Shown here: positions 10,472 through 22,098 of the stretch, piece by piece
Position numbering within the stretch: the first letter of the stretch is position 1
How the letters are laid out: each line of letters starts with the position of its first letter
From: Candidatus Onthousia faecavium
GTDB lineage: Bacteria; Bacillota_I; Bacilli_A; RF39; UBA660
DNA: 64,000 nt
Direction of reading: 5' to 3'
Assembly: GCA_018711135.1 (NCBI GenBank)
Contig: DVIS01000031.1
Coordinates: 17,840 to 81,839 of the forward strand
Program-made: the position numbers and the translations under genes
Notes under the pieces: generated by a model
What the model was told of the DNA's origin: nothing
Database searches by the model: none
The model's input: only the letters and a program-made list of their open reading frames with translations

Positions 10472-11961
10472 TTATCTAAAGGTTTCATTGTTGGAAATAA
10501 AATAACATCTCTAATAGATTCTGATTCTGTAAATAACATCACTAATCTATCTATTCCATAACCTACACCACCAGCAGGAGGCATTCCATATTCTAAAGCT
10601 TCAATGAAATCCATATCTATATCATTCGCTTCATCATTACCTAAATCTTTTTCTTTTAATTGCTCCTCAAATCTTTCTAACTGATCATCTGGATCATTAA
10701 GTTCTGTATAAGCATTAGCAAACTCTCTACCGCCTATAAATAATTCAAAACGATCAACAAACCTTGGATCATCCTTATTTTTCTTTGTAAGTGGTGAAAT
10801 TTCAACCGGATGACCATATAAGAATGTTGGTTGAATTAACGTTTCTTCTACATATTTTTCAAAGAAAAGATTAATGATATGGCCTACTGTTCTTTCATGT
10901 TCTGCTACTTCAATTTTATGTTCAGCCGCAAGTTCTAATGCTTCTTCCACTGTCATTTCCTTCTTAAAGTCAATACCCGTAACCTCTTTAATAGCATCTA
11001 CCATACTAATTCTTTTCCAAGGCCCAGCTAAATTAATATCATAACCATACCAATGATAATCTAACTTCCCAATAACATTATTAGCAATATTTAAGAAAAG
11101 TTTTTCTGTTATGTCCATCATTCCCTCTAAATCAGAATAAACCTGATATAGCTCCATCAAAGTAAATTCTGGATTGTGTTTTGGATCCATTCCTTCATTT
11201 CTAAACACTCTACCAATCTCGTATACTGCTTCCATGCCACCTACTAATAATCTTTTTAATGGCAATTCTAAAGCTATTCTTAGATACATATCTAAATCTT
11301 GACTATTGTGATGAGTAATAAAAGGTTTAGCAGAAGCCCCTGTTAATAGCGTTGATAAAACAGGAGTTTCTACCTCAACAAATCCTAAATTATCCAAAAA
11401 ACTTTGAATAGAACGAATAATCTTAGGCCTTAAAAAAGCAACTCTCTTAGATTCATCATTCATAATTAAATCAACATAACGTCTTCTATATCTTTCTTCT
11501 ATATCCGTTAAACCGTGGAATTTCTCAGGAAGAGGTCTTAACGCTTTAACAAGAGGAGTATACTCTAAACATTTAACTGTAATCTCCCCCGTTTTTGTTT
11601 TCATTACTTTACCATAAATACCAACAATATCACCTATATCTGCTGTCTTGAAAATATTATACATATCTTCACCAACATCATTAATAGATATATATACTTG
11701 AATAGGACCAGTCTTATCTTTAATAGATATAAAGGAAGCTTTTCCCATTTTTCTAATAAACATAATTCTTCCCGCTATTTTAACCGTATAAGATGCCGCT
11801 TCTAGCTCATCATGAGATGTATCTTTATATTTTCCCTTGATTTGAGCTGCATATGCATCCCTATCATAACGTTGACCAAACGGATCATATCCAAGTTCTC
11901 TTAAATTTTTAGCTTTTTCTCTTCTAACTAATTCTTGTTCACTTAGCTTTCGTTCTGACAT
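10468..11961 (-). CDS. lysS: lysyl-tRNA synthetase
   Basis: class II aaRS motifs ([30 protein letters not shown]), 497 aa. Confidence 0.9.
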   Translation of the reverse strand: MSERKLSEQELVRREKAKNLRELGYDPFGQRYDRDAYAAQIKGKYKDTSHDELEAASYTVKIAGRIMFIRKMGKASFISIKDKTGPIQVYISINDVGEDMYNIFKTADIGDIVGIYGKVMKTKTGEITVKCLEYTPLVKALRPLPEKFHGLTDIEERYRRRYVDLIMNDESKRVAFLRPKIIRSIQSFLDNLGFVEVETPVLSTLLTGASAKPFITHHNSQDLDMYLRIALELPLKRLLVGGMEAVYEIGRVFRNEGMDPKHNPEFTLMELYQVYSDLEGMMDITEKLFLNIANNVIGKLDYHWYGYDINLAGPWKRISMVDAIKEVTGIDFKKEMTVEEALELAAEHKIEVAEHERTVGHIINLFFEKYVEETLIQPTFLYGHPVEISPLTKKNKDDPRFVDRFELFIGGREFANAYTELNDPDDQLERFEEQLKEKDLGNDEANDIDMDFIEALEYGMPPAGGVGYGIDRLVMLFTESESIRDVILFPTMKPLDK

Positions 11962-12632
11962 AAAATATCCTCCTTCACCACATCAGTTCTGACAACAATT
12001 GTCTTAACTAATTTATCATGCAAACCTTGACCATTTTTTGATAATGCTATCATTAAAAGACTAATGATAAGAATAGTATATTGAATAATACTTAAAAGAC
12101 TATTAACACTTAAATACAAATCTTTACTTAAAAGCATAACTAAAGCCACTAAAATAATATTAACTAAAATACTATTATTAACCATCGCTCTAATAAGTAA
12201 ATCATTCATTGACAAATCTTTATCTGTTATTTTTGTAATTTTAATTTTCATAATTTTCTTACCAAAGGTCTGTCCACTATTATAACATGGATAGACAACA
12301 TAATAAAGTAAACTTATAACAATTGCTACTATTGATGAAATCGCTGTATATTTAGATATATCATATTCTATATCAACTATTTGATTAACATATTCTTCAA
12401 TTGTTGAGTTACCACCAACATAATCTTCTAATATTTGATTTTGTTCATCATATAATTTTCTTGTAGAATCACTAACAGGAATAAATGCTGTAACAATTGT
12501 TGTTATTAAGGTAAGAATAACCAAATCAAGCAAGAAAGCAAGTAATCTCTGACTAAATAGTGCTTTAACCTCAGTATCTTTTTCTTTAACTTTCTTTTCA
12601 TCTTTTAATTTATCATATATACTTTTCTTCAT
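11943..12632 (-). CDS. RDD-family membrane protein
   Basis: [15 protein letters not shown] and HD motifs in a 3-TM protein. Confidence 0.45.
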   Translation of the reverse strand: MKKSIYDKLKDEKKVKEKDTEVKALFSQRLLAFLLDLVILTLITTIVTAFIPVSDSTRKLYDEQNQILEDYVGGNSTIEEYVNQIVDIEYDISKYTAISSIVAIVISLLYYVVYPCYNSGQTFGKKIMKIKITKITDKDLSMNDLLIRAMVNNSILVNIILVALVMLLSKDLYLSVNSLLSIIQYTILIISLLMIALSKNGQGLHDKLVKTIVVRTDVVKEDILCQNES

Positions 12633-13602
12633 TCAAGGCCTCCTTAAATTCATCTAATATATGTAGTATATCACAAAGTTTAGTCATACCACAAATTTTC
12701 TTTTTTATCTCACTACTACCTCTAACCCCCTTTAAATACCAACCAACATGGCTTCTAATTTCTAATACTGCCCGTTTCTCATCTTTTAAAGAGGTTAACA
12801 TTTTTAAATGTTTAATACACATATTAACTTTATCTATATCACTAGGAAGACTATAAGACTTACCATCTAAATATAATACAGTATTTCTAATAAGCCAAGG
12901 ATTACCTAAAGCTCCTCTTCCTATCATAACAGCATCACAACCAGTATACTCTAACATCTCTTTAGCTTTCTCTGGACTCGTAACATCTCCATTACCAATT
13001 ACTGGAATTTTAACATTATTTTTGACATCACGAATAACATTCCAATCAGCATTACCACTATAACCTTGACTCCTAGTCCTTCCATGTACACATATAGCTT
13101 TAGCCCCTGCTTCTTCACACACTTTAGCTATTTCAACCGCATTAATATGATCATTATCCCAACCACTACGTATTTTAACTGTCACTGGACATTTAACCGC
13201 TTTAACAACGGAACTGACAATTATTTTAACTTTAAGAGGATCTTTAAGCAAGGCACTACCTGCTTGGGCCCTAACTGCCACCTTAGGAACAGGACACCCC
13301 ATATTAATATCAATTATATCAGGTTTCATGTTTTTTTCTATATACTTAGCAGCCCCAACAAAACTGTCAACATCACTACCAAATATCTGTTGAACAATAG
13401 GTCGTTCCATCTCCTCCATATAAAGCATATCTATAGTTTTTTTATTGTCATAACATATTGCTTTATCACTAACCATCTCTGCATAAATAAGCCCACAACC
13501 CATTTCTTTAATTATTTTTCGGTAAGCACTATTACAAATCCCCGCCATTGGTGCTAACACCACTTGATTAGCTATTTCTACATTTCCTATTCTCCATCTC
13601 AT
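12613..13602 (-). CDS. dusB: tRNA dihydrouridine synthase
   Basis: N-terminus VVLAPMAGICNSAYR and a TIM-barrel Dus family signature; syntenic with lysS. Confidence 0.85.
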   Translation of the reverse strand: MRWRIGNVEIANQVVLAPMAGICNSAYRKIIKEMGCGLIYAEMVSDKAICYDNKKTIDMLYMEEMERPIVQQIFGSDVDSFVGAAKYIEKNMKPDIIDINMGCPVPKVAVRAQAGSALLKDPLKVKIIVSSVVKAVKCPVTVKIRSGWDNDHINAVEIAKVCEEAGAKAICVHGRTRSQGYSGNADWNVIRDVKNNVKIPVIGNGDVTSPEKAKEMLEYTGCDAVMIGRGALGNPWLIRNTVLYLDGKSYSLPSDIDKVNMCIKHLKMLTSLKDEKRAVLEIRSHVGWYLKGVRGSSEIKKKICGMTKLCDILHILDEFKEALNEEKYI

Positions 13603-13616
13603 AAAAATCTACGTCC

Positions 13617-14282
13617 TTAATCATTATCTTGACTAGCTCGATATAAAGTTAGAACTTTTGCCCGTCCTTTTATATCACTATTTATACTATTAACTATTTC
13701 TAAATTAAGAAATGAAGCCGATATTTGTTCTATATAATCAATTTCAAACAATTGAAATGGTATCTCCCTAGCTAATCTTTCATCTTGATTAAAAACATTA
13801 AATTTACCTTGTTCTAAATAATGTAAAGCCGCTAAATCTGCAGGCAAAGATAGCATATGTCCAAGCTTATAGTAATCTTGATTGTTAACAATGAAAGAAC
13901 TACTATCTTCTGTTATAAGAAAATCATATGTAGTTTTTTCTCCTCCATCCTTAAAAGTTCTTCTAATAATATTCATATGGTTACCATTAAGATAATCTTC
14001 ACATATCTTTTGCTTTTTCTCACGTTCAAAAAGACATTCCTGATGCTCTTTATATAAATCTATATAATATTCATAATTACCTAACAGTATCTCTTTATTA
14101 GCTAATAAATTACCATTCAGTATATCAGCAATTAACTTTTTATCTGTAGTCTCTAAAGTATATAAATCTGGTTTAATTAAAGATAATTGTTCCTCTTTAT
14201 ATTCCATAACTCTATTCTTATAAGCACGCAATTCATATACAAGCAATTGTTTTTTATTAGCATTCAATTCATATAACTCCAT
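13617..14282 (-). CDS. hypothetical protein
   Basis: 221-aa ORF with no recognisable motifs. Confidence 0.35.
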   Translation of the reverse strand: MELYELNANKKQLLVYELRAYKNRVMEYKEEQLSLIKPDLYTLETTDKKLIADILNGNLLANKEILLGNYEYYIDLYKEHQECLFEREKKQKICEDYLNGNHMNIIRRTFKDGGEKTTYDFLITEDSSSFIVNNQDYYKLGHMLSLPADLAALHYLEQGKFNVFNQDERLAREIPFQLFEIDYIEQISASFLNLEIVNSINSDIKGRAKVLTLYRASQDND

Positions 14283-14698
14283 TATTTTTTTCCTACTTTC
14301 CCATTTTCTTTCAACAAATCTCTAATCTCTTCAAGTAATAATACTTGTTCATCTTTTTTCTTTTCTTCCTTTTTATGTTCTATTCCTAACCTTTTATCCG
14401 CTTTATCTCTAATTTTCGTCACTACTTTAACCATAACAAAAATGCAAATAGCAATGATCAAAAAATCAACTATACTTTGAATAAAAGCACCATACATAAT
14501 AGAAGCATCACCTATTTTAATAGATAAACCACTAAAATCAAGTCCTCCTAAAATAACACCAAGTAAAGGCATAAATATATCATCAACTAAACTACTTACT
14601 ATTTTAGAAAAAGCTCCTCCAATAATAACACCAACAGCCATATCCAAAACAGCTCCACGACTAATAAATTTTCTAAATTCACTTATTTCCTTTTTCAT
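14282..14698 (-). CDS. mscL: large-conductance mechanosensitive channel
   Basis: RGAVLDMAVGVIIGGAF TM1 signature. Start placed at ATG 14698. Confidence 0.8.
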   Translation of the reverse strand: MKKEISEFRKFISRGAVLDMAVGVIIGGAFSKIVSSLVDDIFMPLLGVILGGLDFSGLSIKIGDASIMYGAFIQSIVDFLIIAICIFVMVKVVTKIRDKADKRLGIEHKKEEKKKDEQVLLLEEIRDLLKENGKVGKK

Positions 14699-14822
14699 CA
14701 CTACTACCTCCAAAACTTTTTCCACAAATTTTGTGGAAAATCACTTTTAAAATACCACACGAACTAAATTATAGTCAATGCCAAATTAAATATTTACAAA
14801 AACTCGTATATAGAAAAAAGAA

Positions 14823-16820
14823 CTATTTTTCAAGTTCTTTTAAAAGCTCAGCTTTACTCATCTTAGTATAGCCTCTTATTCCTTTTTCTTTAGCAATTTC
14901 TCTTAACTTAGTCAAACTCATCTTTTCATAACTAGTTTCTTCATCTTCATTAGGCATTTTACCATTCTCTACTAAATAATCAATTTGCTCTTTAGTTAAT
15001 GTTTCATACTCTAACAAAGTATTAGCAAGTAAATCTAATAACTTTCTATTATCTTTAATAATCTTTGTTGCATCTTGATAACATTTATCTATAATCTTAC
15101 GCATCTCTTGATCAATTTCATGAGCTACTTCATTAGAAAAATTACGTATTTTATTATAATCACGTCCTAAGAATGAGCTACCTTCTCTTTGCTCTAATTG
15201 CATTGGTCCCAAATCACTCATACCATATTCAGTAACCATACTTCTGGCAATCTTCGTTGCTTTTTCAAAATCATTTTCTGCACCAGTTGTAACCTCACCA
15301 AAAACAATTTCTTCACTAACTCTTCCTGCTAACAAACCTGTAATTTCTTCTAATAAATCTGTTTTAGTCCTGCATATCTTTTCCTCACTAGGTATCATCA
15401 TATTATAACCTCCAGCAGAACCACGAGGAATAATTGTAACCTTCTGGACATCATTAGCACCTTTCAATTTAATACCAACAACTGCATGACCAGATTCATG
15501 ATAAGCAACTAATTTACGATCACTTTCACTTCTTTTAGCACTAGTCTTAGCAGGTCCCATTAATACTCTATCACTGGCTTCATCAATCTCACTCATCGTA
15601 ATAGCATCTTTATTTCTCCTTACTGCAAGTAAAGCCGCTTCATTTAATAAGTTTTCAAGATCAGCTCCAGAATATCCTGGTGTTCTCTTAGCAATAGCTG
15701 CTATATTAACTGAAGAAGCTAAAACTTTATTACGAGCATGAACTTTAAGTATCTCTTCACGACCTTTAACATCAGGCAAATTAACCGTGACTTGTCTATC
15801 AAAACGTCCAGGACGAAGAAGTGCAGGATCCAACACATCAGGTCTATTAGTTGCTGCAATAATAATTATTCCCTCATTCTCTCCAAAGCCATCCATTTCT
15901 GTAAGTAATTGGTTTAAAGTTTGCTCTCTTTCATCATGTCCTCCTCCTATACCAGTACCACGTTGTCTACCAACTGCATCTATTTCATCTATAAAGATAA
16001 GACATGGTGCTGTTCTTTTAGCTTGTTGAAACATATCACGTACTCTACTTGCTCCAACACCAACAAATAATTCTACAAAATCAGATCCACTAATATAGTA
16101 GAAAGGAACATTGGCTTCTCCAGCTACTGCTCTAGCAAGTAAAGTCTTACCTGTTCCTGGAGGACCATATAATAGAACTCCTTTAGGAATTCTAGCTCCT
16201 AATTTCTGAAATTTCTTTGGATTCTTTAAGAAATCAATTAACTCTTTAACCTCTTCTTTTTCTTCATTAAGTCCTGCTACATCTTTAAATGTTACTTTAT
16301 TTTTATCACTTGAAAGTTTAGCTTTACTTTTACCAAAATCAAAGGAATTTTTTCCTCCTCCCATTTGTTTACTTAAAAACCAAAAAGCCACAAAAGCAAG
16401 AAGAACAATTGGTAAAATATTAACTAAAACAAGTAATAAAGTACTTGATTCTGGATCAGTATTAGTTGTAAAAGAAAAGTCCCCAGTCTCACTAGCTTCC
16501 ACTAATTGTTTCATTACTTGATCAGATAATGGAATTCTTACAAAGAAACTCTCATTCTCATCATAACCATCTAATTTACCTGTAACTTCATATACTTTCG
16601 CTCTTTCTCTAGGTGTTACCTCAATCTCCTCAACTTTGTTATTATTTAAATTAAAAATAAACTCGTCATAAGTCAATACATTTATTTTATTATTTGCAAT
16701 ACTAACAAAGTAAATTACTCCAAGCATCACTAACAATAGAAAGACATATGGAAGTAAACCTTTTCTAACATTTTTTCTATTTACATTCATATAATTTCTC
16801 CTCTCATTACTCATATTCAA
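14823..16820 (-). CDS. ftsH: ATP-dependent zinc metalloprotease FtsH with a C-terminal Rho_N-like tail
   Basis: AAA module (GPPGTGKT), HESGHAVVG zinc site, C-terminal [28 protein letters not shown]. Confidence 0.9.
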   Translation of the reverse strand: MNMSNERRNYMNVNRKNVRKGLLPYVFLLLVMLGVIYFVSIANNKINVLTYDEFIFNLNNNKVEEIEVTPRERAKVYEVTGKLDGYDENESFFVRIPLSDQVMKQLVEASETGDFSFTTNTDPESSTLLLVLVNILPIVLLAFVAFWFLSKQMGGGKNSFDFGKSKAKLSSDKNKVTFKDVAGLNEEKEEVKELIDFLKNPKKFQKLGARIPKGVLLYGPPGTGKTLLARAVAGEANVPFYYISGSDFVELFVGVGASRVRDMFQQAKRTAPCLIFIDEIDAVGRQRGTGIGGGHDEREQTLNQLLTEMDGFGENEGIIIIAATNRPDVLDPALLRPGRFDRQVTVNLPDVKGREEILKVHARNKVLASSVNIAAIAKRTPGYSGADLENLLNEAALLAVRRNKDAITMSEIDEASDRVLMGPAKTSAKRSESDRKLVAYHESGHAVVGIKLKGANDVQKVTIIPRGSAGGYNMMIPSEEKICRTKTDLLEEITGLLAGRVSEEIVFGEVTTGAENDFEKATKIARSMVTEYGMSDLGPMQLEQREGSSFLGRDYNKIRNFSNEVAHEIDQEMRKIIDKCYQDATKIIKDNRKLLDLLANTLLEYETLTKEQIDYLVENGKMPNEDEETSYEKMSLTKLREIAKEKGIRGYTKMSKAELLKELEK

Positions 16821-18129
16821 GTATTATATCATAAAATTCTTCATTAGTCTTATCAAATTTAGATTTTTTTAATCCTGGAAGAAAAACAACCTTTCCCGCA
16901 CTATCAACTACTACTGGCCACAAATCTCTATCTCTAATTGGAATCTTTTTATCGATAAAGATATCTTTAATTTTTTTCTTTCCTCCGCCTTTAATTATCA
17001 TCATATCCCCAAATTTTCTCGTTCTAACAATTAAAGGCAAACTTAACTCTTTACTAGATAGTTTAATAATGTTGTTACTGTTCCCTACAACTCTATCTAC
17101 CATTTTAAGAGTATGACTATTTGGTAAAAGAACCTCATTACTAATTTCTATTTCATAACTGCTAATAACCCCAGGATTACGTTCAATTTGTAATCTATTA
17201 TAACTCTTAGTAACAACCACATCATTAGGTAAATTAACTTTACTATTACTTTTTTGACTTAATATTAATTTCATAAGTAAAGAAATATGTTTATCATTAA
17301 TTAGAATTAAATCATCTTGATAGAAATTAGAAACAAATTTTTCTAAGATTATATCCTGCAAAAACGAATCAATCTGAAGAAATTTATCAATCAACAAAGT
17401 GTTATCAACTATAACCTGTTCCAAACATTTATCAGCTTCTTTTTCTATATATAAATCTGCCCTATATAAAAGATTACTAAACTTTAAAAACTTTTGATGA
17501 ACATTCTTATCTTCATTTTTTAAAAAAGGTAACACAACTTTTCTATATCTATTTCTAGTATAAACACTACTACTATTACTACTATCAATCACATATTTAA
17601 TATTGTATTTATGACAATAGTCTTCTAATTGCTCCTTAGTTAAACCAATAAATGGTCGATAAATACTATAGTCATCTAATTTAACTAACTTTTGAAAACC
17701 ACTATATCCTTTTAGAGTAGATCCTCTAGTTAATCTCATCAAAATAGTTTCCATCAAATCATCACCATGATGTGCTGTTAACAAATACTTTGCTTGATAT
17801 TTTTTTACGATCTGTTCAAAAAACTGATATCGAATATTCCTTGCTTCATTATGAAAATTATCATCACCATATCTTTCTATTTTCATATATTCAAAGATAA
17901 CATTATTAGCTTTACAAAAAGCTTCTAATTCCTCTTTTTCTCTTTCACTAGCTTTTCTTTTTCCATGATTAACATGGGCACAAATGATATTAATACTTAT
18001 TTTTTTCCTAAGTTCTAATAAAGTCTTAAATAAAGCCATCGAATCAGGTCCATAAGAACAACCTAATACTACAAAATCCCCATCTTCAAGTTTTACATCT
18101 TTATATAATAAATCAATATCCATATACAT
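16807..18129 (-). CDS. tilS: tRNA(Ile)-lysidine synthetase
   Basis: PP-loop-like LGCSYGPDS, 440 aa, adjacent to ftsH as in Bacillus. Confidence 0.8.
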   Translation of the reverse strand: MYMDIDLLYKDVKLEDGDFVVLGCSYGPDSMALFKTLLELRKKISINIICAHVNHGKRKASEREKEELEAFCKANNVIFEYMKIERYGDDNFHNEARNIRYQFFEQIVKKYQAKYLLTAHHGDDLMETILMRLTRGSTLKGYSGFQKLVKLDDYSIYRPFIGLTKEQLEDYCHKYNIKYVIDSSNSSSVYTRNRYRKVVLPFLKNEDKNVHQKFLKFSNLLYRADLYIEKEADKCLEQVIVDNTLLIDKFLQIDSFLQDIILEKFVSNFYQDDLILINDKHISLLMKLILSQKSNSKVNLPNDVVVTKSYNRLQIERNPGVISSYEIEISNEVLLPNSHTLKMVDRVVGNSNNIIKLSSKELSLPLIVRTRKFGDMMIIKGGGKKKIKDIFIDKKIPIRDRDLWPVVVDSAGKVVFLPGLKKSKFDKTNEEFYDIILEYE

Positions 18130-18239
18130 CCCTCATCTAATTATGATAATATCTAAAATTAAAATAAGCAAGAATAACTTAGTGATTATATCTTAACACA
18201 TAATTTAAAAGTTCTAAAGCCCTCTTGAAGAAAAAATAC

Positions 18240-18539
18240 CTAATCATCATCAGGTATTTTCAAAATATATTCCCCATCTTTAGAATAAAAATACTTTTCT
18301 CTAGCATATCTAGCAATATAATCTTCATCTTGTAATTTATCAACGTCAGCAGCTAATTCCTCTTCTTTATCTTTTAAATCTGCTAATTCTTTTTTCAACT
18401 CATTTCTTTCTTGATATTTATTATATATCTCTGTCCAATATTTAAAAATCGTAAAGGTAGTAAAAATAATAACTAAAAAAGAACTACATAATAATAAAAA
18501 AGGACCTAATTTCTTCTTCGTTTTTTTCTTTTTAGTCAT
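18240..18539 (-). CDS. divIC: septum formation initiator (DivIC/FtsB-like)
   Basis: single TM followed by a coiled coil; downstream of yabP/yabQ as in Bacillus; start ATG 18539 has a GGAAGGTGGG RBS. Confidence 0.5.
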   Translation of the reverse strand: MTKKKKTKKKLGPFLLLCSSFLVIIFTTFTIFKYWTEIYNKYQERNELKKELADLKDKEEELAADVDKLQDEDYIARYAREKYFYSKDGEYILKIPDDD

Positions 18540-18651
18540 TTTTGCACCCACCTTCCTAACATATATTATAGTACGTATCAACACCTAAGTACAATAATAT
18601 CAAGGAAAAATATCACTTTTTGACACTTTTAGGCAGTGTATTATTTTTATT

Positions 18652-18987
18652 TTATTTTTCTGTATCTTTATCTTTCTTTTTCTTTTTCTTCTTTTTAATA
18701 GGTGGCACTTTAATAAGATTCCGTAACTTTTTACTATGACAAAAAGTTAAAAAGAAACCTAGCACTATTAAAATATAGAAATAAGGATGAATAATTCCCC
18801 CATTTATCTTCTTTATAAAAAGAAAATAGATTAAAACCAAATCGAAGATAAAAATAAGATTAAAGAAAATTTTCTTTATATTCGCTAACTTAAATAACAT
18901 ATTATAATTTAAATTATAGACTCCACCCAAGAAAAGACCAAAGAAAAAAGAGAAAAGCATACTAATAATTTGTTCTTTTAAACCCAT
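18652..18987 (-). CDS. yabQ: YabQ-like small membrane protein
   Basis: 3-TM 111-aa protein immediately downstream of yabP (position-based call). Confidence 0.35.
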   Translation of the reverse strand: MGLKEQIISMLFSFFFGLFLGGVYNLNYNMLFKLANIKKIFFNLIFIFDLVLIYFLFIKKINGGIIHPYFYILIVLGFFLTFCHSKKLRNLIKVPPIKKKKKKKKDKDTEK

Positions 18988-19283
18988 TATTTAAAAAGCC
19001 TATTAAAAACACTATTAGTTCCTTTTTCTTTTTTTTGATCTTCATCTATATAAGAAAAGCCTTTAATCAGTCCTTTTATAGAAATATTACCTGCTAATGT
19101 ATCAAGTTTAACTAATTCTAAATCTTCTCCTTTAACTGCTAAAAACCCCATTACTGTTTCTAATAAAAACTCTTCATTATCAAAATTCTCTATCTTTTTT
19201 ACACCAGTAATAAGTAAATTCTTTCTCTCTGTAATAGTAATACTATGATTATAATTATTAATAATTGCTTCTTTTGTTTCCAT
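18987..19283 (-). CDS. yabP: sporulation protein YabP
   Basis: LITGVKKIENFDNEEFLLETVMGFLAVKGEDLEL matches the YabP family. Confidence 0.7.
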   Translation of the reverse strand: METKEAIINNYNHSITITERKNLLITGVKKIENFDNEEFLLETVMGFLAVKGEDLELVKLDTLAGNISIKGLIKGFSYIDEDQKKEKGTNSVFNRLFK

Positions 19284-19343
19284 ATCATCTCACCTAGTAA
19301 ATGATATGCTTAAAAAAAAGAAATATGAAAAAAAAGAAACTCT

Positions 19344-19619
19344 CTAAGCTTCTTTCTCTTCATCTTTAATATTGTTATAAGCTTCAATAATTTTATCTTG
19401 AAACATTGCTCTAACCTCTGGATTAATAGGATGAGCAATATCACGGTATCCACCAGCTTGAGTTTTTCTACTAGGCATAGCAATAAATAAACCGTTGTCT
19501 CCTTCAATAATTCTAATGTCATGAACAGCAAAACTATCATCAATTAAAACTGATGCAATTCCTTTCATGCGACTTCCTTCTTTTTCAATTTTGCGTACAT
19601 TTACAGATGTAATTTTCAT
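19344..19619 (-). CDS. spoVG: septation protein SpoVG
   Basis: [15 protein letters not shown]...[20 protein letters not shown] matches SpoVG. Confidence 0.9.
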   Translation of the reverse strand: MKITSVNVRKIEKEGSRMKGIASVLIDDSFAVHDIRIIEGDNGLFIAMPSRKTQAGGYRDIAHPINPEVRAMFQDKIIEAYNNIKDEEKEA

Positions 19620-19732
19620 TTACTGACTCCTCCTTTTAAAGTACTAAGACTTTATACTTTAATAATATAATAACTAAAAGACTTTTGCAAGATTTTTTAA
19701 CAAGTTTCTAAATATAAACGTATATTTTTGTC

Positions 19733-19960
19733 TCAATTGATTATTTCCAAACTAGATGTCACTAAATCACTATAAGAAAAAGACTTAATATTATTAGAAG
19801 TATTATCAACATTGATTAATTTAACTACAAAAATAGCAGGATAAGTCTCAATAATCGTTCCATCAAACTCTAAAATTTGATTTCTACTGCCATTAAATTT
19901 AAAATGTAGTATTTCTCCCTCTTTTAACTTTACATCCTCTCTAACTTTATCTATATTCAT
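19733..19960 (-). CDS. veg: Veg family protein
   Basis: 75-aa DUF1021-like sequence; position between yabG and spoVG. Confidence 0.7.
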   Translation of the reverse strand: MNIDKVREDVKLKEGEILHFKFNGSRNQILEFDGTIIETYPAIFVVKLINVDNTSNNIKSFSYSDLVTSSLEIIN

Positions 19961-20739
19961 CTTGGATACCCCACATACATTACTCCAGGTGTAATTATTC
20001 CCCCTATTCCTTTACTACCATAATGAGTCTTCTCTATAACAGAAATTAAATCTATTTCTTTATTTTTAGGAGAAAGTGCTACTGTACTGGCAATAATTGC
20101 AGGATCAAGAGCATGGATATTAATTCTTTTGGGACTAGATGCAAAATTAGCCCCTGCCTTAATTAAATCTTCATAAAATGATTGACAGGCTCCAGCAATA
20201 ATAATAAGTTTATCTTGATTTCGTTCATATTCCCGAGCTTTAGATACTGCTTTAACAAAATTTAAAGAGTTTTGATAATTATTAATATCATTTTTATCTT
20301 TATTCTTTTTAAAAGAATCATGCCCAGTTACAACCAAAATATCAGGCTTATACTCATTTAAACAATTAAGAATTTCACTTTCAAACTTCCCCTCTTCTAA
20401 ATTTACCCCATAAGCTTCCAAATGCATTTCTTTATAAAAATCAATACAACGTCTTAAATAATCTTTATCACCATCAATATGTAATATTTTACCAGGTAAA
20501 TAAAAATATTCACTCCGATCTAGTTTCAACATATCTTTAATTTTAAGTGCATCATTACGATCATCACTATTATCTTCTTTTTCAGGAACTAAAACTAAAT
20601 CATCTAAATAACTATCAGCATATAATCTAACATCATTACCTTTTAAATAAGCGATATCATCTGTAATATCAACTATTATAAATAAAATGTCATTACCATA
20701 TGATTTTCTTGTTACATAATCACCAATTTTAAACATCAT
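19957..20739 (-). CDS. yabG: sporulation-specific protease YabG
   Basis: MMFKIGDYVTRKSYGNDILF...GACQSFYEDLIKAGANFASSP aligns closely with B. subtilis YabG. Confidence 0.85.
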   Translation of the reverse strand: MMFKIGDYVTRKSYGNDILFIIVDITDDIAYLKGNDVRLYADSYLDDLVLVPEKEDNSDDRNDALKIKDMLKLDRSEYFYLPGKILHIDGDKDYLRRCIDFYKEMHLEAYGVNLEEGKFESEILNCLNEYKPDILVVTGHDSFKKNKDKNDINNYQNSLNFVKAVSKAREYERNQDKLIIIAGACQSFYEDLIKAGANFASSPKRINIHALDPAIIASTVALSPKNKEIDLISVIEKTHYGSKGIGGIITPGVMYVGYPR

Positions 20740-20778
20740 ATCACCAATAAAGTATATGTTTAAGGATTTAAAAAAAGA

Positions 20779-21588
20779 CTAACATAGATTGTTAGCCAAA
20801 TCAACATAAATAGTATAATCAAGCTCTTCAGCTCTTACAGTTAAGTCATAATTATATTTCTTTAAAACCTCTTCTACTTTTCCTAAATCATACTTTTTAA
20901 GATTATTTCTTAGCATTTTTCTTTTAAACTGAAAACTATCATGTACAAGCTGTAAAAAGAACTCTCTATTCTTAAGTTCTAACATATCTTTTTTCCTTTT
21001 AAAGGATACCACGACACTATCTACATTTGGTCTAGGAGTAAACTGATTTCTATCAACAATAAATTCTTTTTTTATATCAAAAAAATAATTAAGTATGACA
21101 GTAAGTGCCCCATATTCTTTTGTTGATGTCTTACTTGAAAAACGTTCTCCTACCTCTTTTTGTACCATCATAACAATTTTTGTGAATAGTAAATTAGAAG
21201 AAATTAACTTAAATAGAATAGGCGTTGTAATATAGTAAGGAACATTACTGATAAAATATAAATTACGATAACTATAGTTTTCAAGATCTGTTTTAAGATT
21301 AGCTTTAAGAAAATCGTTAAATATAATATTTATATTATTATAATCACTAACTCTAGATAATAATATATCTTTCAAACTTTGATCTATTTCATATGCCAAT
21401 ATTGTACTATCTTTATATAAATCTGCAAGAGCAATAGTTAAATTACCACTCCCAGGCCCAACCTCAATAATTAAGGAATTACTTAAAACCTCTCCACACA
21501 AAGCTATTTTTTTTATTATTTCTTTATTTTGAAGAAAATTTTGACCATATTTTTTTTTAAATCTAAATTCATCCATCAAACCACTCAT
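20779..21588 (-). CDS. rsmA: 16S rRNA (adenine1518/1519-N6)-dimethyltransferase RsmA/KsgA
   Basis: KKYGQNFLQN N-terminus and a SAM-binding VGPGSGNLT motif. Confidence 0.85.
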   Translation of the reverse strand: MSGLMDEFRFKKKYGQNFLQNKEIIKKIALCGEVLSNSLIIEVGPGSGNLTIALADLYKDSTILAYEIDQSLKDILLSRVSDYNNINIIFNDFLKANLKTDLENYSYRNLYFISNVPYYITTPILFKLISSNLLFTKIVMMVQKEVGERFSSKTSTKEYGALTVILNYFFDIKKEFIVDRNQFTPRPNVDSVVVSFKRKKDMLELKNREFFLQLVHDSFQFKRKMLRNNLKKYDLGKVEEVLKKYNYDLTVRAEELDYTIYVDLANNLC

Positions 21589-21641
21589 TTCTTAATAACT
21601 AAAGTATAATATGTAATTTTTACAATTGTCAATAAAAGAGC

Positions 21642-22097
21642 CTAAGCTCTTTCAAGTTTCTTAGACTCTTTATTATTTTTTTCTTTCTCTTTAAACATAA
21701 ATAGTATATCAGCAATTGCTAAACCATAAAGCATAATCTTAATATAAGCTACAAAGTTATCAAAATAATTAAAATCAACTCCATAACCATATTTTCCATT
21801 CAAAACCATGTTAGTATCAAAAATTGCTCTATAGCAAACAAAAATAATAGTTCCTAACACTAAACAACAAGTTAAATTATAAAATAAATTTTTTGTAATT
21901 CCAGTCTGTTTAAACAACATATTAATAATAAATATAATCAAAAGTACAACAAAAGGAATCAACTCTGGTAAAACACTAACTATACTTTTCTCTAAACGCA
22001 TATTCATTCTTACAAAAATAAATAGTGTCAAACCAAAAGCTGCTATAAAAAGAAGAAATTTAAGCCCATAAAATAATATATTAAATATTTTCTTCAT
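21642..22097 (-). CDS. small polytopic membrane protein (island gene 7)
   Basis: 151 aa, about 4 TM segments; start overlaps the stop of the upstream island gene. Confidence 0.35.
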   Translation of the reverse strand: MKKIFNILFYGLKFLLFIAAFGLTLFIFVRMNMRLEKSIVSVLPELIPFVVLLIIFIINMLFKQTGITKNLFYNLTCCLVLGTIIFVCYRAIFDTNMVLNGKYGYGVDFNYFDNFVAYIKIMLYGLAIADILFMFKEKEKNNKESKKLERA

Positions 22098-22098
22098 C

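Noticed and set aside
13066-13557. 163-aa plus-strand ORF antisense to dusB (also 9192-9422, 13857-14057, 15787-16029, 31168-31419, 45408-47390 group, 53623-53952, 58149-58568)
   Set aside because: All lie inside strongly supported genes on the other strand and have biased, repetitive composition; no RBS or motif support.
19310-19543. 77-aa ORF overlapping spoVG in another frame
   Set aside because: Overlaps the highly conserved SpoVG reading frame; hydrophobic low-complexity product; spurious.
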